The position numbers were made by a program, and so were the translations under genes. Shown one piece after another: positions 43,519 through 49,381 of a DNA stretch of 49,381 nt. The stretch spans positions 1 to 49,381 of the forward strand of contig DYKV01000004.1 of assembly GCA_020722415.1 (NCBI GenBank), in the 5' to 3' direction. Within the stretch, counting starts at the first letter, position 1; every line of letters starts with the position of its first letter. Source of the stretch: Anaerolinea sp. GTDB lineage: Bacteria; Chloroflexota; Anaerolineae; Anaerolineales; UBA4823. Under the pieces are notes generated by a model. That model searched no databases and had not been told where the DNA came from. It saw nothing but the letters and a program-made list of their open reading frames with translations.

Positions 43519-44808
43519 TTAGTCTCCTTTTAGCTCAAAGCGCTTAAATTCTTTTTCGCATTTTTCTACGAAATTGGAACGTAGTCTCTTCATACTTTCC
43601 AAGTCAGCGATCACGGCGTTCGTGTTTATACTAATGTCGAAATTACCGACACTTTGCTGAGCGAACTCCAGAAAATTTTTGGAAATAATTTGCACGAATT
43701 CTTCTATCGCATCCCCAATAGGGTTTTCAGTAAACTCACTCATACTCCCGTCTATACCCTGTATCTTTAGGAAAGAGACTAGGTTTTCCGCTAGAAAATC
43801 GAACATAGACTCAGTGCTACCAAAAACGTCGATCACATCGTGCTGAATGTTTTGTATTCTGGCTAACGTACTTCTGTGCACGGCGTGACTGGTGGGTAAA
43901 GTCCCAAATCTTGATATTTCGTTTACGGCTTTATTTGTAAAATTTTCGATTATCTCAGCAGAGTTATTATTGGTGAACACTGCCAACTCGTCAGATAAGT
44001 CTTCGAGACACTGGGACACACAAGACCTTATAGCTGCCAGACCATCTTGGTTTAACTCATGTATCAGATTATCAGGACTAAAGTCTTTTATATTATCTTT
44101 GTTGCACCAGATACTTAAACACTTTTCCCCAATTCGCTCCGACAGGTCCGTAGACATGCCGATAATTAACTCCCTGGTGTTGCTCCAGACCATTCCGTCA
44201 ATACCATCTTCTTTTTTAAGAAAATTTAACACCGGCTGAAAAAAGCAGGAAAACACTATGTGGCCAATGTCACACTTTCCATCTTTGCTAGTCCGAGAGT
44301 ACTTAGACAGAAAGTTCTCTATTCTCTCAGAGAAATAGATAAGTTCGCTGTTAGTGATAGCTGCGAGATCGGATGATTGGCAGCCATTTTTTATTTTATA
44401 AATATTTTCAAAGTACGCGCCCAGTAACAGTCCAGTATTTCTCAGCTCATCGTTTCTGCCTATGATACCACAAGACATGAATTTATCTGCACATTCCTGG
44501 CCTATTTGACTGTCACTGCAGACGCGATAGATGTTATTAATCAGCTGCGCGAGAATATTAAGCTTGTAACTGTTCTCCTTAGTGCGGCTGATTATACCAG
44601 AGTCAATCAACCGATATGACACGTATACTAAGAACTCTGTCAGTAATTTCCTGTTTCCTTCCAGACGGTCTTCTGCCGAGCCAGACTCTTCTTTTTCGAT
44701 AAATTTTTTTATGGCTTCGGTTATTTCTTCCGGACTTTCATCCCCGGTCAGGCCAAGATCCGAAGCCGCAACAGCCCTTACTTTTGTTTTTGCTTTTGTT
44801 TCTGACAT
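43519..44808 (-). CDS. Orphan helical protein (429 aa)
   Basis: Long ORF with RBS AGGAGAG. No motifs I recognise. Confidence 0.65.
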   Translation of the reverse strand: MSETKAKTKVRAVAASDLGLTGDESPEEITEAIKKFIEKEESGSAEDRLEGNRKLLTEFLVYVSYRLIDSGIISRTKENSYKLNILAQLINNIYRVCSDSQIGQECADKFMSCGIIGRNDELRNTGLLLGAYFENIYKIKNGCQSSDLAAITNSELIYFSERIENFLSKYSRTSKDGKCDIGHIVFSCFFQPVLNFLKKEDGIDGMVWSNTRELIIGMSTDLSERIGEKCLSIWCNKDNIKDFSPDNLIHELNQDGLAAIRSCVSQCLEDLSDELAVFTNNNSAEIIENFTNKAVNEISRFGTLPTSHAVHRSTLARIQNIQHDVIDVFGSTESMFDFLAENLVSFLKIQGIDGSMSEFTENPIGDAIEEFVQIISKNFLEFAQQSVGNFDISINTNAVIADLESMKRLRSNFVEKCEKEFKRFELKGD

Positions 44809-44838
44809 AAAAACTCTCCTGTATGGTATTTTGGTAGT

Positions 44839-44886
44839 ACACCCCGAGGTTTTTACGCCCCGAGGCTTTTACGCCCCGGGGCTGAT
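44839..44886. repeat. Three tandem 16-bp direct repeats in the leader of the 43519..44808 gene
   Basis: ACACCCCGAGGTTTTT / ACGCCCCGAGGCTTTT / ACGCCCCGGGGCTGAT. Confidence 0.8.
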
Positions 44887-44921
44887 ATAATAACCCGATA
44901 ATATTAAGATAATTTTAAGCC

Positions 44922-45068
44922 TCAGACCCCAGCAGCAATGGCAACATACGCCAGTATGATCTTCTCTGGATAAAGACTTAGTAAATCCAGCTGATTAGTT
45001 TTAATAGCATTATTTACAAAATCTCTGGCGTCGACCAAACAGGCATGTATCTTACTCATTTCAGGCAT
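44922..45068 (-). CDS. Possible small protein (48 aa) with a hydrophobic C-terminus
   Basis: MPEMSKIHACLVDARDFVNNAIKTNQLDLLSLYPEKIILAYVAIAAGV with a strong RBS (GAGGGGGG 6 nt upstream). Below the ORF-track cutoff. Confidence 0.4.
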   Translation of the reverse strand: MPEMSKIHACLVDARDFVNNAIKTNQLDLLSLYPEKIILAYVAIAAGV

Positions 45069-45088
45069 GAGAACCCCCCTCGTCAAGA

Positions 45089-45114
45089 GAAAAAAATATG
45101 TCTCATCCGAGACA
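45089..45114 (-). terminator. Rho-independent terminator after 45192..45527
   Basis: Minus strand: TGTCTC-GGAT-GAGACA followed by TATTTTTTT. Confidence 0.6.
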
Positions 45115-45191
45115 GAGAGGTGGTCTGATCTTTTTTTTTTCTATTTAATTATCAGGTTGATTCCAGAGCACTAATTTCCATTGCAAATAAA

Positions 45192-45527
45192 TTAAGGCAA
45201 TTCTATATTCTCTTCTATAGATTTTAAACAGGACAGCTGCCTTTCGCACATCTGATCTTCAGACAGCCATGTTTTGAACAAGTCTTTTATGACAAAATCA
45301 CAGAACGGATCTGAGCTAACTGGGATAATACACTCATGCTCATCTGAGAAATATAATTTTACGTCCGGGCGGAGCCTTTTCACTGCAGACATAAAAATAG
45401 GGATATCATGTCCCAAGTTACTTAGTATAAACTGCTCGGACAGGCAGCCACATCCACATAAATTTATCTTATTAAAAACTCGGTGGCACTTAAGACATAC
45501 AAATACATCCAGGCGATTATCGTCCAT
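45192..45527 (-). CDS. Small zinc-ribbon-type protein
   Basis: ATG at 45527 with RBS GGGGAGG. CLKC...CGCGC motifs; 111 aa. Confidence 0.65.
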   Translation of the reverse strand: MDDNRLDVFVCLKCHRVFNKINLCGCGCLSEQFILSNLGHDIPIFMSAVKRLRPDVKLYFSDEHECIIPVSSDPFCDFVIKDLFKTWLSEDQMCERQLSCLKSIEENIELP

Positions 45528-45549
45528 AAAACCTCCCCTATAATAAATC

Positions 45550-45582
45550 ATTTCGCTTATAACATTTTAGAGCTAAAAAATA
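45550..45582 (-). promoter_or_regulatory. Promoter-like motif (TAAAAT-GTTATAAG class)
   Basis: Minus strand reads AGCTCTAAAATGTTATAAGCGAAATG. TATAAG ends 28 nt upstream of the ATG at 45527. Confidence 0.5.
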
Positions 45583-45599
45583 TAGATGACAGCCTATTT

Positions 45600-45850
45600 T
45601 TACAAGACAGGGCCACTGTCTCAGACTTGAAAAACGCCTATATACGTTCAAGCCTGGCTTTTTTTTAGAAAGCAGCTTTTAATTTTGTTTTGCCAAGCTC
45701 GGCAAAAGCAGTTTGGGAGCACCCTCGCTTAGTTTGTTTTTTATAGCGCAGCTAAGATTTCTGCCAAGGAAATCTGCGCATTGAAATGCTGCTAGTCGGA
45801 CTTTTAGTGGCAGCTTATTTAAGTGCCATACTAAAAGTCCTTACGACTGA
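45600..45850 (-). other. Highly structured non-coding stretch (candidate small RNA or structured leader)
   Basis: Hairpins at 45605-21 (AGACAG/CTGTCT) and 45688-707 (TTTTGCC/GGCAAAA). A bulged hairpin at 45746-79 (GCGCA+GATTTC / GAAATC+TGCGC). A 15-bp hairpin at 45798-840 (GGACTTTTAGTGGCA / TGCCA-TA-CTAAAAGTCC). No ORF of note on the minus strand. Confidence 0.35.
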
Positions 45851-45852
45851 CA

Positions 45853-45893
45853 TACTTAGCTTATAGCATAAAAATTACGTATTTTTAGGGTCT
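45853..45893 (-). promoter_or_regulatory. Weaker promoter-like motif copy
   Basis: Minus strand reads CCCTAAAAATACGTAATTTTTATGCTATAAGCTAAGTATG, directly upstream of the structured stretch. Confidence 0.3.
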
Positions 45894-45952
45894 CTTACCC
45901 AGGTGTAAGTATTAACTAGGCCGTGCTTTTTGCACGTAAAACTCTCCCGTCT

Positions 45953-46234
45953 CTATGCAATAGCTTTTTTCACAATCCAACCCAAGTCTCGACCAGCAAG
46001 AGTTACCGCATCTTCATGTGTCTTTCCGTTATTTATATGCTTGTCATACAGGCATGACAGCGGCGTCCCAGTCCAATCAAAATTATCTCCGCCGACTAAG
46101 TCTCGAACAGCAAACGGCCTATCTAAATTCTTGACATGGCCGTAGATCGCGCCTTGCATAAAGCACTCTGCCATGCTTAAATCACGATCAGACACATCTA
46201 ATACATTTCTTATCTCACCCGCATTTACAAGCAT
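45953..46234 (-). CDS. Hypothetical early protein
   Basis: 93-aa ORF packed 1 nt after the upstream gene. Confidence 0.6.
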   Translation of the reverse strand: MLVNAGEIRNVLDVSDRDLSMAECFMQGAIYGHVKNLDRPFAVRDLVGGDNFDWTGTPLSCLYDKHINNGKTHEDAVTLAGRDLGWIVKKAIA

Positions 46235-46235
46235 G

Positions 46236-46457
46236 TTATGCCTCCGAGCTTACGTCACTATAGTCAGACTCACAGTCTCTGTCGTACCCGTCATCAGTAT
46301 AAATATCATCATCGAAGCTTTCGACTTCTGGCCATATATTATCTGGATCATCGTAGCCACACAGACACAGGCCTTGTTTCTTAGCTTCTAATTTAGATGC
46401 TTTCTTATTTTGAACAGACCCACAATTCACACAGACTTTTAGATTGTTGCTTTGCAT
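46236..46457 (-). CDS. Small zinc-ribbon-type protein with an acidic C-terminal tail
   Basis: CVNCGS...CLCG, then a D/E/Y-rich tail. RBS GGAG. Confidence 0.6.
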   Translation of the reverse strand: MQSNNLKVCVNCGSVQNKKASKLEAKKQGLCLCGYDDPDNIWPEVESFDDDIYTDDGYDRDCESDYSDVSSEA

Positions 46458-46459
46458 AT

Positions 46460-46600
46460 TTAATCTCCTTCGTCGTAAGTCTCTATTTCAGGCGCTTCTT
46501 CGATTTGCAAAGGCGTTTTACTTTCTTTGCAATGTTGGCAATAATACTCTTCGTCTTTTTTTACTACGATACTCAGACAGCGCTTGCATTGGAATTCCAT
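46460..46600 (-). CDS. Small zinc-ribbon protein (46 aa)
   Basis: MEFQCKRCLSIVVKKDEEYYCQHCKESKTPLQIEEAPEIETYDEGD with RBS AGGAGG. Below the ORF-track cutoff. Confidence 0.55.
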   Translation of the reverse strand: MEFQCKRCLSIVVKKDEEYYCQHCKESKTPLQIEEAPEIETYDEGD

Positions 46601-46622
46601 AATAAAACCTCCTAATATAAGT

Positions 46623-46655
46623 ACTGTCCTTATAACAGATTTTATAGCTAAAAAG
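46623..46655 (-). promoter_or_regulatory. Promoter-like motif (TAAAAT-N-GTTATAAG class)
   Basis: Minus strand reads AGCTATAAAATCTGTTATAAGGACAGTAC. TATAAG ends 28 nt upstream of the ATG at 46600. Confidence 0.5.
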
Positions 46656-46790
46656 CTTGTGCTATGTAATGCTAGTGAATAACGGCAGTACTTTTATATA
46701 TTTTATCATGCATATAGTGCCTCCTTTCATATTCTTATAGCAGCTTATACGCTAAAATTTGTATGCTAAATAAATGAGCACATTTAGGCT

Positions 46791-46820
46791 AAAAAAAGGC
46801 AGCCAACCTCCATTGGCTGC
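46791..46820 (-). terminator. Rho-independent terminator after 46834..47058
   Basis: Minus strand: GCAGCCAA-TGGAGG-TTGGCTGC followed by CTTTTTTT. Confidence 0.75.
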
Positions 46821-46833
46821 TTCGTTCTAGAGT

Positions 46834-47058
46834 TTACAGATTTAGAAGCTTTTCTCTCATTTGTTTTTTCTCTATTTTTTCTTTCATTTGTTTTTTCTCG
46901 GACATTATAATGTTAAGTACTTCCTCAACCCCGATAGCTGCTGACAGAGCGGCCTCAAGGGCCGCTCTGTCAGCCTTCTCTTGGGTCAAGGTTTCCTTAG
47001 CTTCTACATATCCACGAACAAACGGTGTAAATATCGATTTGAAAATACCCATTTCCAT
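46834..47058 (-). CDS. Small helical protein with a duplicated EKKQM(K/R)EK C-terminus
   Basis: 74-aa ORF. An alternative ATG at 47052 has better RBS spacing. Confidence 0.55.
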   Translation of the reverse strand: MEMGIFKSIFTPFVRGYVEAKETLTQEKADRAALEAALSAAIGVEEVLNIIMSEKKQMKEKIEKKQMREKLLNL

Positions 47059-47093
47059 TACTCCTAATGCTGAACTTTAAATCTCTTAGAACT

Positions 47094-47131
47094 ATTATAC
47101 TTATGACATAATATATGACGAATTTTAGGGC
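47094..47131 (-). promoter_or_regulatory. Promoter-like element with a perfect TATAAT
   Basis: Minus strand reads GGCCCTAAAATTCGTCATATATTATGTCATAAGTATAAT. TATAAT ends 35 nt upstream of the ATG at 47058. Confidence 0.45.
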
Positions 47132-47163
47132 CAAGTTCTTTCCCCCTTACAGGGCACTCTTAC

Positions 47164-47193
47164 CATACTTATAGCTGAATTTTAGGGGTTTTT
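47164..47193 (-). promoter_or_regulatory. Promoter-like motif (CCCTAAAATTC-N-TATAAG class)
   Basis: Minus strand reads CCCCTAAAATTCAGCTATAAGTATGG. It is the second CCCTAAAATTC copy, 57 nt from the first. Confidence 0.4.
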
Positions 47194-47197
47194 AGGC

Positions 47198-47230
47198 ATA
47201 AAAATACCCGGATGAAGTTAGTCACCCGGG
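47198..47230 (-). terminator. Rho-independent terminator after 47249..47677
   Basis: Minus-strand RNA: CCCGGGUGA-CUAACU-UCAUCCGGG (9 bp including one G-U) followed by UAUUUUUAUG. Confidence 0.55.
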
Positions 47231-47248
47231 CCCGCGTTTATTATGTTT

Positions 47249-47677
47249 TTACAATGGAAATATATTCAATATATTTTCCAGGTGTTCATCCTTGCCAGCC
47301 AGATCATTAGCCTTTATAAGCTCATCTGCCCTGTCCCATATACCAGGTCGTATTTCTTTAAAATTATCTGACGTGACTATGAATGGGTTGGCTGCAGCGT
47401 TATGCCACACAGGTGTATCTTGATTTCTTGATTGTTTTAGCAATTTTACGGCATCCCTCATAGCGGCGTTTATAATATGCTCATCATCTATGTTTTGCAA
47501 CAATCTGAAGGCATCCTTCTGCGAGAAGCCGTGCTGCTGTAAGGCGTTATATATGTTTTCCCTATTAATTCCCTTATCTACTACATCAAACATACTAACC
47601 ATCTCATCAGGGCCTAACTTCATAGGAGGCAGACTGTTGGATTTTGGTTTCATGCTCTCAACAAAATGCCTAGCCAC
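47249..47677 (-). CDS. Hypothetical early protein, start uncertain
   Basis: 142-aa ORF from GTG. Neither the GTG nor the internal ATG (MKPKSNS..) has a good RBS. Confidence 0.5.
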   Translation of the reverse strand: MARHFVESMKPKSNSLPPMKLGPDEMVSMFDVVDKGINRENIYNALQQHGFSQKDAFRLLQNIDDEHIINAAMRDAVKLLKQSRNQDTPVWHNAAANPFIVTSDNFKEIRPGIWDRADELIKANDLAGKDEHLENILNIFPL

Positions 47678-48206
47678 CTCTTCTGGACTTGCCCCCCTGG
47701 AAATTTAATATTTCTAATCTATCATGAAGTCCAGGGTTATATTTAAACACTTCTTGTATGTCGTCTATATTCCCTTCGTATGCAGTAAGGCCCTGTTGAA
47801 TACGTCGCATTCTGTTGGCTAATAGTTCAATGCTATCTGTACTTTTTCTATTACCTTTGTCTATAGTGCTTCTTCCTATACCAAGCCCTTCTATTACAGT
47901 CCTAACTCCTGGTGTTATAAGACTTGGATTTTTAACAAGAGCCTCCGCACCAGCATTTATTTTATCTTGATATTCACCAAACCCATCTTTTACAATTCTC
48001 TGAATTGCATTGGCCATGCGTGTTGGAGATTTAGTTATGGCTTCATCTAAAGACATCTTACCTTCTGTTACTGTCCTTCTTAGTTTATCATCTTCGGCAC
48101 TAGTAGACTTCCCTGGCAGTATACTCAGAATTTGTTCTACTTCATTATGACTAGGCCTGGTACGAATTGTAGGATCAAAATGCCTATGCATTGCTGCGGA
48201 ATGCAC
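47670..48206 (-). CDS. Hypothetical early protein
   Basis: 178-aa ORF with a GTG or downstream ATG start, behind an AAGG-type RBS. Confidence 0.55.
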   Translation of the reverse strand: MHSAAMHRHFDPTIRTRPSHNEVEQILSILPGKSTSAEDDKLRRTVTEGKMSLDEAITKSPTRMANAIQRIVKDGFGEYQDKINAGAEALVKNPSLITPGVRTVIEGLGIGRSTIDKGNRKSTDSIELLANRMRRIQQGLTAYEGNIDDIQEVFKYNPGLHDRLEILNFQGGKSRRGG

Positions 48207-48229
48207 CTTACTTCCAGACGGGTTAAATT

Positions 48230-48457
48230 TTACCCCTGTGGAGGAATATTCAATTCTTTAAAAGCTTTGGCCACACTTTTATTCCTCATTACTTGTCTGA
48301 CTTGCTCTTCCAAATTTTTAGTAATATACACATTCCTATAGTCAGGGGTCAGACTGGTTGCTAGTAGCCTAGGACCACCCTTATCCAGAAATCTTACTTT
48401 TGCAGCGACTTTTCCAGGATCGAGTTTATCATTCCGGTTTTTATAAAAGACATGCCG
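48230..48457 (-). pseudogene. Start-less open frame (75 codons), possibly frameshifted from the RBS-served ATG at 48453
   Basis: Protein-like frame ..HVFYKNRNDKLDPGKVAAKVRFLDKGGPRLLATSLTPDYRNVYITKNLEEQVRQVMRNKSVAKAFKELNIPPQG. It has no ATG/GTG/TTG near its 5' end. The well-spaced ATG after AAAGGAG is in the +1-offset frame and stops after 19 codons. Confidence 0.3.
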
Positions 48458-48555
48458 TCATACTCCTTTCGTACAATCTTTAATTATAAATAGCATTATG
48501 TATGCTAAAAAATAAGGCAGGCCCACTTGCCATACTTCGTTTTTATAGTTCAATT

Positions 48556-48801
48556 TCAAATCACCGGTGTTCTAGGGCCGGAATTCAGGCACACAGCCGT
48601 GTTTTCATAAGATATAGTTAGTATGATTTGAGATGCCAGATTTATTATATCGGCCCTAAGTTCAACAGTGTCTCCGGCATCTTCAAAGACACTGACCTGG
48701 CTCTGATATTTAGTTACAATAGCCTCTAGAGCTATTCTAACACCTGGAGTTATGCCCTCAGTACCGTCTTTGAAGATGTCACCAACTTTAAATGATGGCA
48801 C
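48556..48801 (-). CDS. Hypothetical early protein
   Basis: 81-aa ORF from GTG with a weak RBS. It shares an ITPGVR motif with 47670..48206. Confidence 0.4.
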   Translation of the reverse strand: MPSFKVGDIFKDGTEGITPGVRIALEAIVTKYQSQVSVFEDAGDTVELRADIINLASQIILTISYENTAVCLNSGPRTPVI

Positions 48802-48882
48802 GTCCCAGTTTAGTTCTACACGTTCGCGAAGTTCGAGCAGGGCCCCGCCGTTAAGCGAGACCCTGCTGTGAAAATTTTTTTA

Positions 48883-49381
48883 TTACCAGCCCATGAATGC
48901 CAGGCCCAGCTCTTTTGTAGCTGGGTTGTTGCGCAGCGGCTCAGAAGCTGCGAATGCTTTGGCTCTGTCCTTTTCGGCATAGCCCATAAGCATTTCGGTG
49001 GCTTTATTAAATAGCGTTTTGTCAGCAGCTAGGGCTGACGCAACTCGAGCCGCTTCCCCCTCGTTCATCTTTACCCAAGCCAGGACCCTAGCCAGGACCC
49101 TGTAAATGTGAGCCGTGTCCAGGTTTGGGTTGCGTTTGCATATCTCTGCCGCTACAGCGTGCGCAATTTCGATATCTATCTTACCAGCACTGGCCTTGAC
49201 CGAGGCAAGTGCCCCAGCCAAGTCCCACCCGCACGGCTGGAAATACTGGTCCAGCCATTTTATTGCAGCATGCTCGTACTCTTCTTTTTCTCGCTGCCGC
49301 CGGCTTTTAGGCTGGCATATTGTAATTGCCGGAGCCTGTGCCGGAGCCTGTGCCGGAGCTGGTGCCGGAGCTGGTGCCGGA
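48883..49381 (-). CDS. Hypothetical protein, 5'-truncated by the window edge, with a (PA)n/(QAPA)n linker
   Basis: The frame stays open upstream of the track's TTG at 49221, all the way to position 49381. It reads ..PAPAPAPAQAPAQAPAITICQPKSRRQREKEEYEHAAIKWLDQYFQPCGWD LAGALAS... Confidence 0.6.
   Translation of the reverse strand, partial: PAPAPAPAPAQAPAQAPAITICQPKSRRQREKEEYEHAAIKWLDQYFQPCGWDLAGALASVKASAGKIDIEIAHAVAAEICKRNPNLDTAHIYRVLARVLAWVKMNEGEAARVASALAADKTLFNKATEMLMGYAEKDRAKAFAASEPLRNNPATKELGLAFMGW
49327..49381. repeat. Tandem 12-bp repeat (4.5 copies, runs off the window)
   Basis: TGCCGGAGCCTG x2 then TGCCGGAGCTGG x2 then TGCCGGA. Confidence 0.85.

Noticed and set aside
45746-45779. Possible tRNA: a 6-bp stem with a 7-nt loop, reading CTTGGCA on the minus strand, so the anticodon would be TGG.
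   Set aside because: The flanks extend the same hairpin (GCGCA/TGCGC) instead of forming D and T arms. There is no TTCGA/TTCAA T-loop, no acceptor stem, and position 37 would be a pyrimidine.
1-49381. Alternative genetic code (TGA or TAG reassignment), prompted by the in-frame TGA at 30865 and the in-frame TAG at 771.
   Set aside because: Nearly all long ORFs, up to 1367 codons, are uninterrupted under the standard code. They terminate cleanly at TAA, TAG and TGA with tightly spaced downstream RBS/ATG. Only isolated cases look anomalous, so local readthrough, mutation or error is more parsimonious than a recoded genome.
1-49381. CRISPR arrays, rRNA/tRNA genes, integrase/att sites and IS elements.
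   Set aside because: There are no spacer-repeat periodicity, no cloverleaf-capable sequences, no tyrosine/serine recombinase or DDE motifs, and no terminal inverted repeats. The only tandem repeats are short coding or leader repeats, listed above.

Overview
The window reads as one contiguous stretch of a tailed dsDNA phage or prophage genome. The host uses canonical Shine-Dalgarno sites: AGGAG/GGAG-type RBS precede most genes. The code looks standard and the sequence looks moderately AT-rich by eye.

Layout:
(i) 1-2.4 kb: small + strand genes, plus what look like decayed or frame-broken gene remnants.
(ii) 2.4-5.4 kb: a minus-strand cluster of a Ycf46-like AAA+ ATPase, a DUF1257-like protein and a DUF2997-like protein.
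(iii) 5.6-29.3 kb: a long + strand late block. It holds a membrane protein plus M15 endolysin, a multidomain adhesin, several fibre-like proteins (three look paralogous), a C92-type amidase and a putative portal. It also holds a beta-helix::baseplate-J fusion, PAAR and a gp25-like wedge, and ends in a Panacea/DUF4065-like protein. One reverse-oriented orphan gene interrupts the block.
(iv) 49.4-42.2 kb: a minus-strand early-looking block. It has small proteins (three with zinc-ribbon motifs) and two ~430-aa orphans, punctuated by a recurring promoter-like motif and good terminators.
(v) 41.4-42.2 kb: a non-coding region with iteron-like repeats and an AT-rich tract (ori-like).
(vi) 41.4-29.3 kb: a minus-strand tail operon. 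It has a chaperone pair with a canonical -1 slippery heptamer, a 1367-aa tape-measure-like protein, a LAS-metallopeptidase tail protein, a hub-like protein, small proteins and a sigma-70-family factor.

I recognised no rRNA, tRNA, CRISPR array, integrase or transposase. I also could not recognise a major capsid protein, terminase, sheath/tube or replication enzymes by eye, so the genome probably extends beyond the window.

All family assignments come from motif recognition by eye, not from searches. Start codons were re-picked where an ATG with a better RBS lies inside the longest ORF.
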